A DNA stretch of 63,049 bases, the filler included, from Octopus bimaculoides (Eukaryota), in assembly GCF_001194135.2 (NCBI RefSeq). It is 3 parts of 3 records of this genome, joined end to end, with 100 filler letters (N's around TTAATTAATTAA, not from the genome) between each part and the next. Parts side by side here need not be neighbours in the genome. Positions count along the whole stretch, not along the records: positions 45,606 to 63,049 come from NC_068985.1; 2 more parts are not named here. One strand, given 5' to 3'. Position numbers and translations under genes: made by a program. The notes under the pieces are model-generated. The model saw nothing but the letters and a program-made list of their open reading frames with translations. It searched no databases and was not told the origin of the DNA. Positions 62,110 to 63,049 of this stretch are shown here, one piece after another. Every line of letters starts with the position of its first letter. Position 1 is the first letter of the stretch.

Positions 62110-62600
62110 GCCGACTTCCATGCCATGCTGCTCTTAACAATATCATAAAGTATGGCCTAGACGCCGCAGACTTCCCTTCCCAGCCCGAGCCAGCAGGGCT
62201 AGACAAAGGGGACGGTAAAAGGCCTGATGATGTGACAATTTTCTCGTTCTGTGGAGGTAGGCACCTCATCGGGGATGTCACATGTTGTGACCCTTCTTCA
62301 GCGGCAACTTGGTGTGTTCGGCTACCAGCCCAGGCTCCGTTGCTTGTCAGACTGAGAAGAGCAAACTGTCAAAGTATCGATCGCTCTCTGACAGATTTAT
62401 GGTCTAGCCTGTGGCAGTGGAGACCTGCAGCGTTCTCGGGCCTCCGGACCATGTCCCTGCTCACTGCAATCGGGACGGAGATGGCTATCAATCCGCAAGT
62501 GAGGCCCTGTAAGTCAGAGTGACTGTTCCAGCGCATCTCCCTCGCTATCCTCCGGGGCAGCACCTTTTTCATTTTGTCTGCCGGGACCATGAGGCGGTCT
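62110..62600 (+). mobile_element. CRE-like non-LTR RLE remnant
   Basis: HAALNNIIKYGLDAA...EPAGLDKGDGKRPDDVTIF...LIGDVTC. Confidence 0.75.
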
Positions 62601-62976
62601 GAAGAACAGGAAATCGAGAGAATGTAAGAATTTTGTAGTTTACTACACGAACAATAAGTTTATACAACCCCTCTTCATTAAAACGGTAGTTTAGAGGTTG
62701 AAGAGACTGATAGGAGATAAAGCATATCAATGGTTAATGGCAACGCTCAACCACTTTATTTAAAAGTTTTTGAGTTAACATTGTGTCCGACTGTGACGCA
62801 CAAGAGATAAACTTATCATTTTCATGTCTAAATTCTACTCAGATAACGTACACACTCTTTCTCTCCTTCCTTTTCTCTCCTTCCCTTTCTCTCCTTCCCT
62901 CTCTCTCTCTCTCCTTCCATCTCCTTCCCTCTCTCTTACCCCTCTTTTTTACCTCTCTCTCCTTCTGTCTCTCCCT

Positions 62977-63049
<73 letters not shown>

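Overview
AT-rich, microsatellite-dense eukaryotic repeat landscape. The SINE/LINE content resembles an octopus (coleoid cephalopod) genome; this is an inference. Two artificial 100-bp spacers (44N-TTAATTAATTAA-44N at 16156-16255 and 45506-45605) show that three original scaffolds were joined here. I found no host protein-coding exon with confidence. The recognisable coding remnants are all transposon-derived: Penelope-like elements (RT and/or GIY-YIG), seven R4/Dong-like RLE non-LTR fragments, a CRE-like RLE fragment, a CR1/L2-like RT fragment, three mariner remnants, one Tc1, one hAT, Ty3/gypsy pieces, and an ORF1-only zinc-knuckle retroelement with a 13-bp TSD. Many tRNA-derived SINEs are also present. 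The main signal outside the ORF track is RNA structure. There are nine hammerhead-ribozyme (HHR)-like motifs from about six sequence families. These include a near-canonical type I HHR with a long extended stem I (27761-27844), a head-to-head pair of HHR-bearing units (44895-45254), and a Penelope terminal repeat that appears to couple a tRNA-type Pol III promoter to an HHR. There is also a pre-miRNA-like hairpin in unique sequence (1613-1703). All structures were folded by eye and none has been tested for activity. Most repeat boundaries are approximate.
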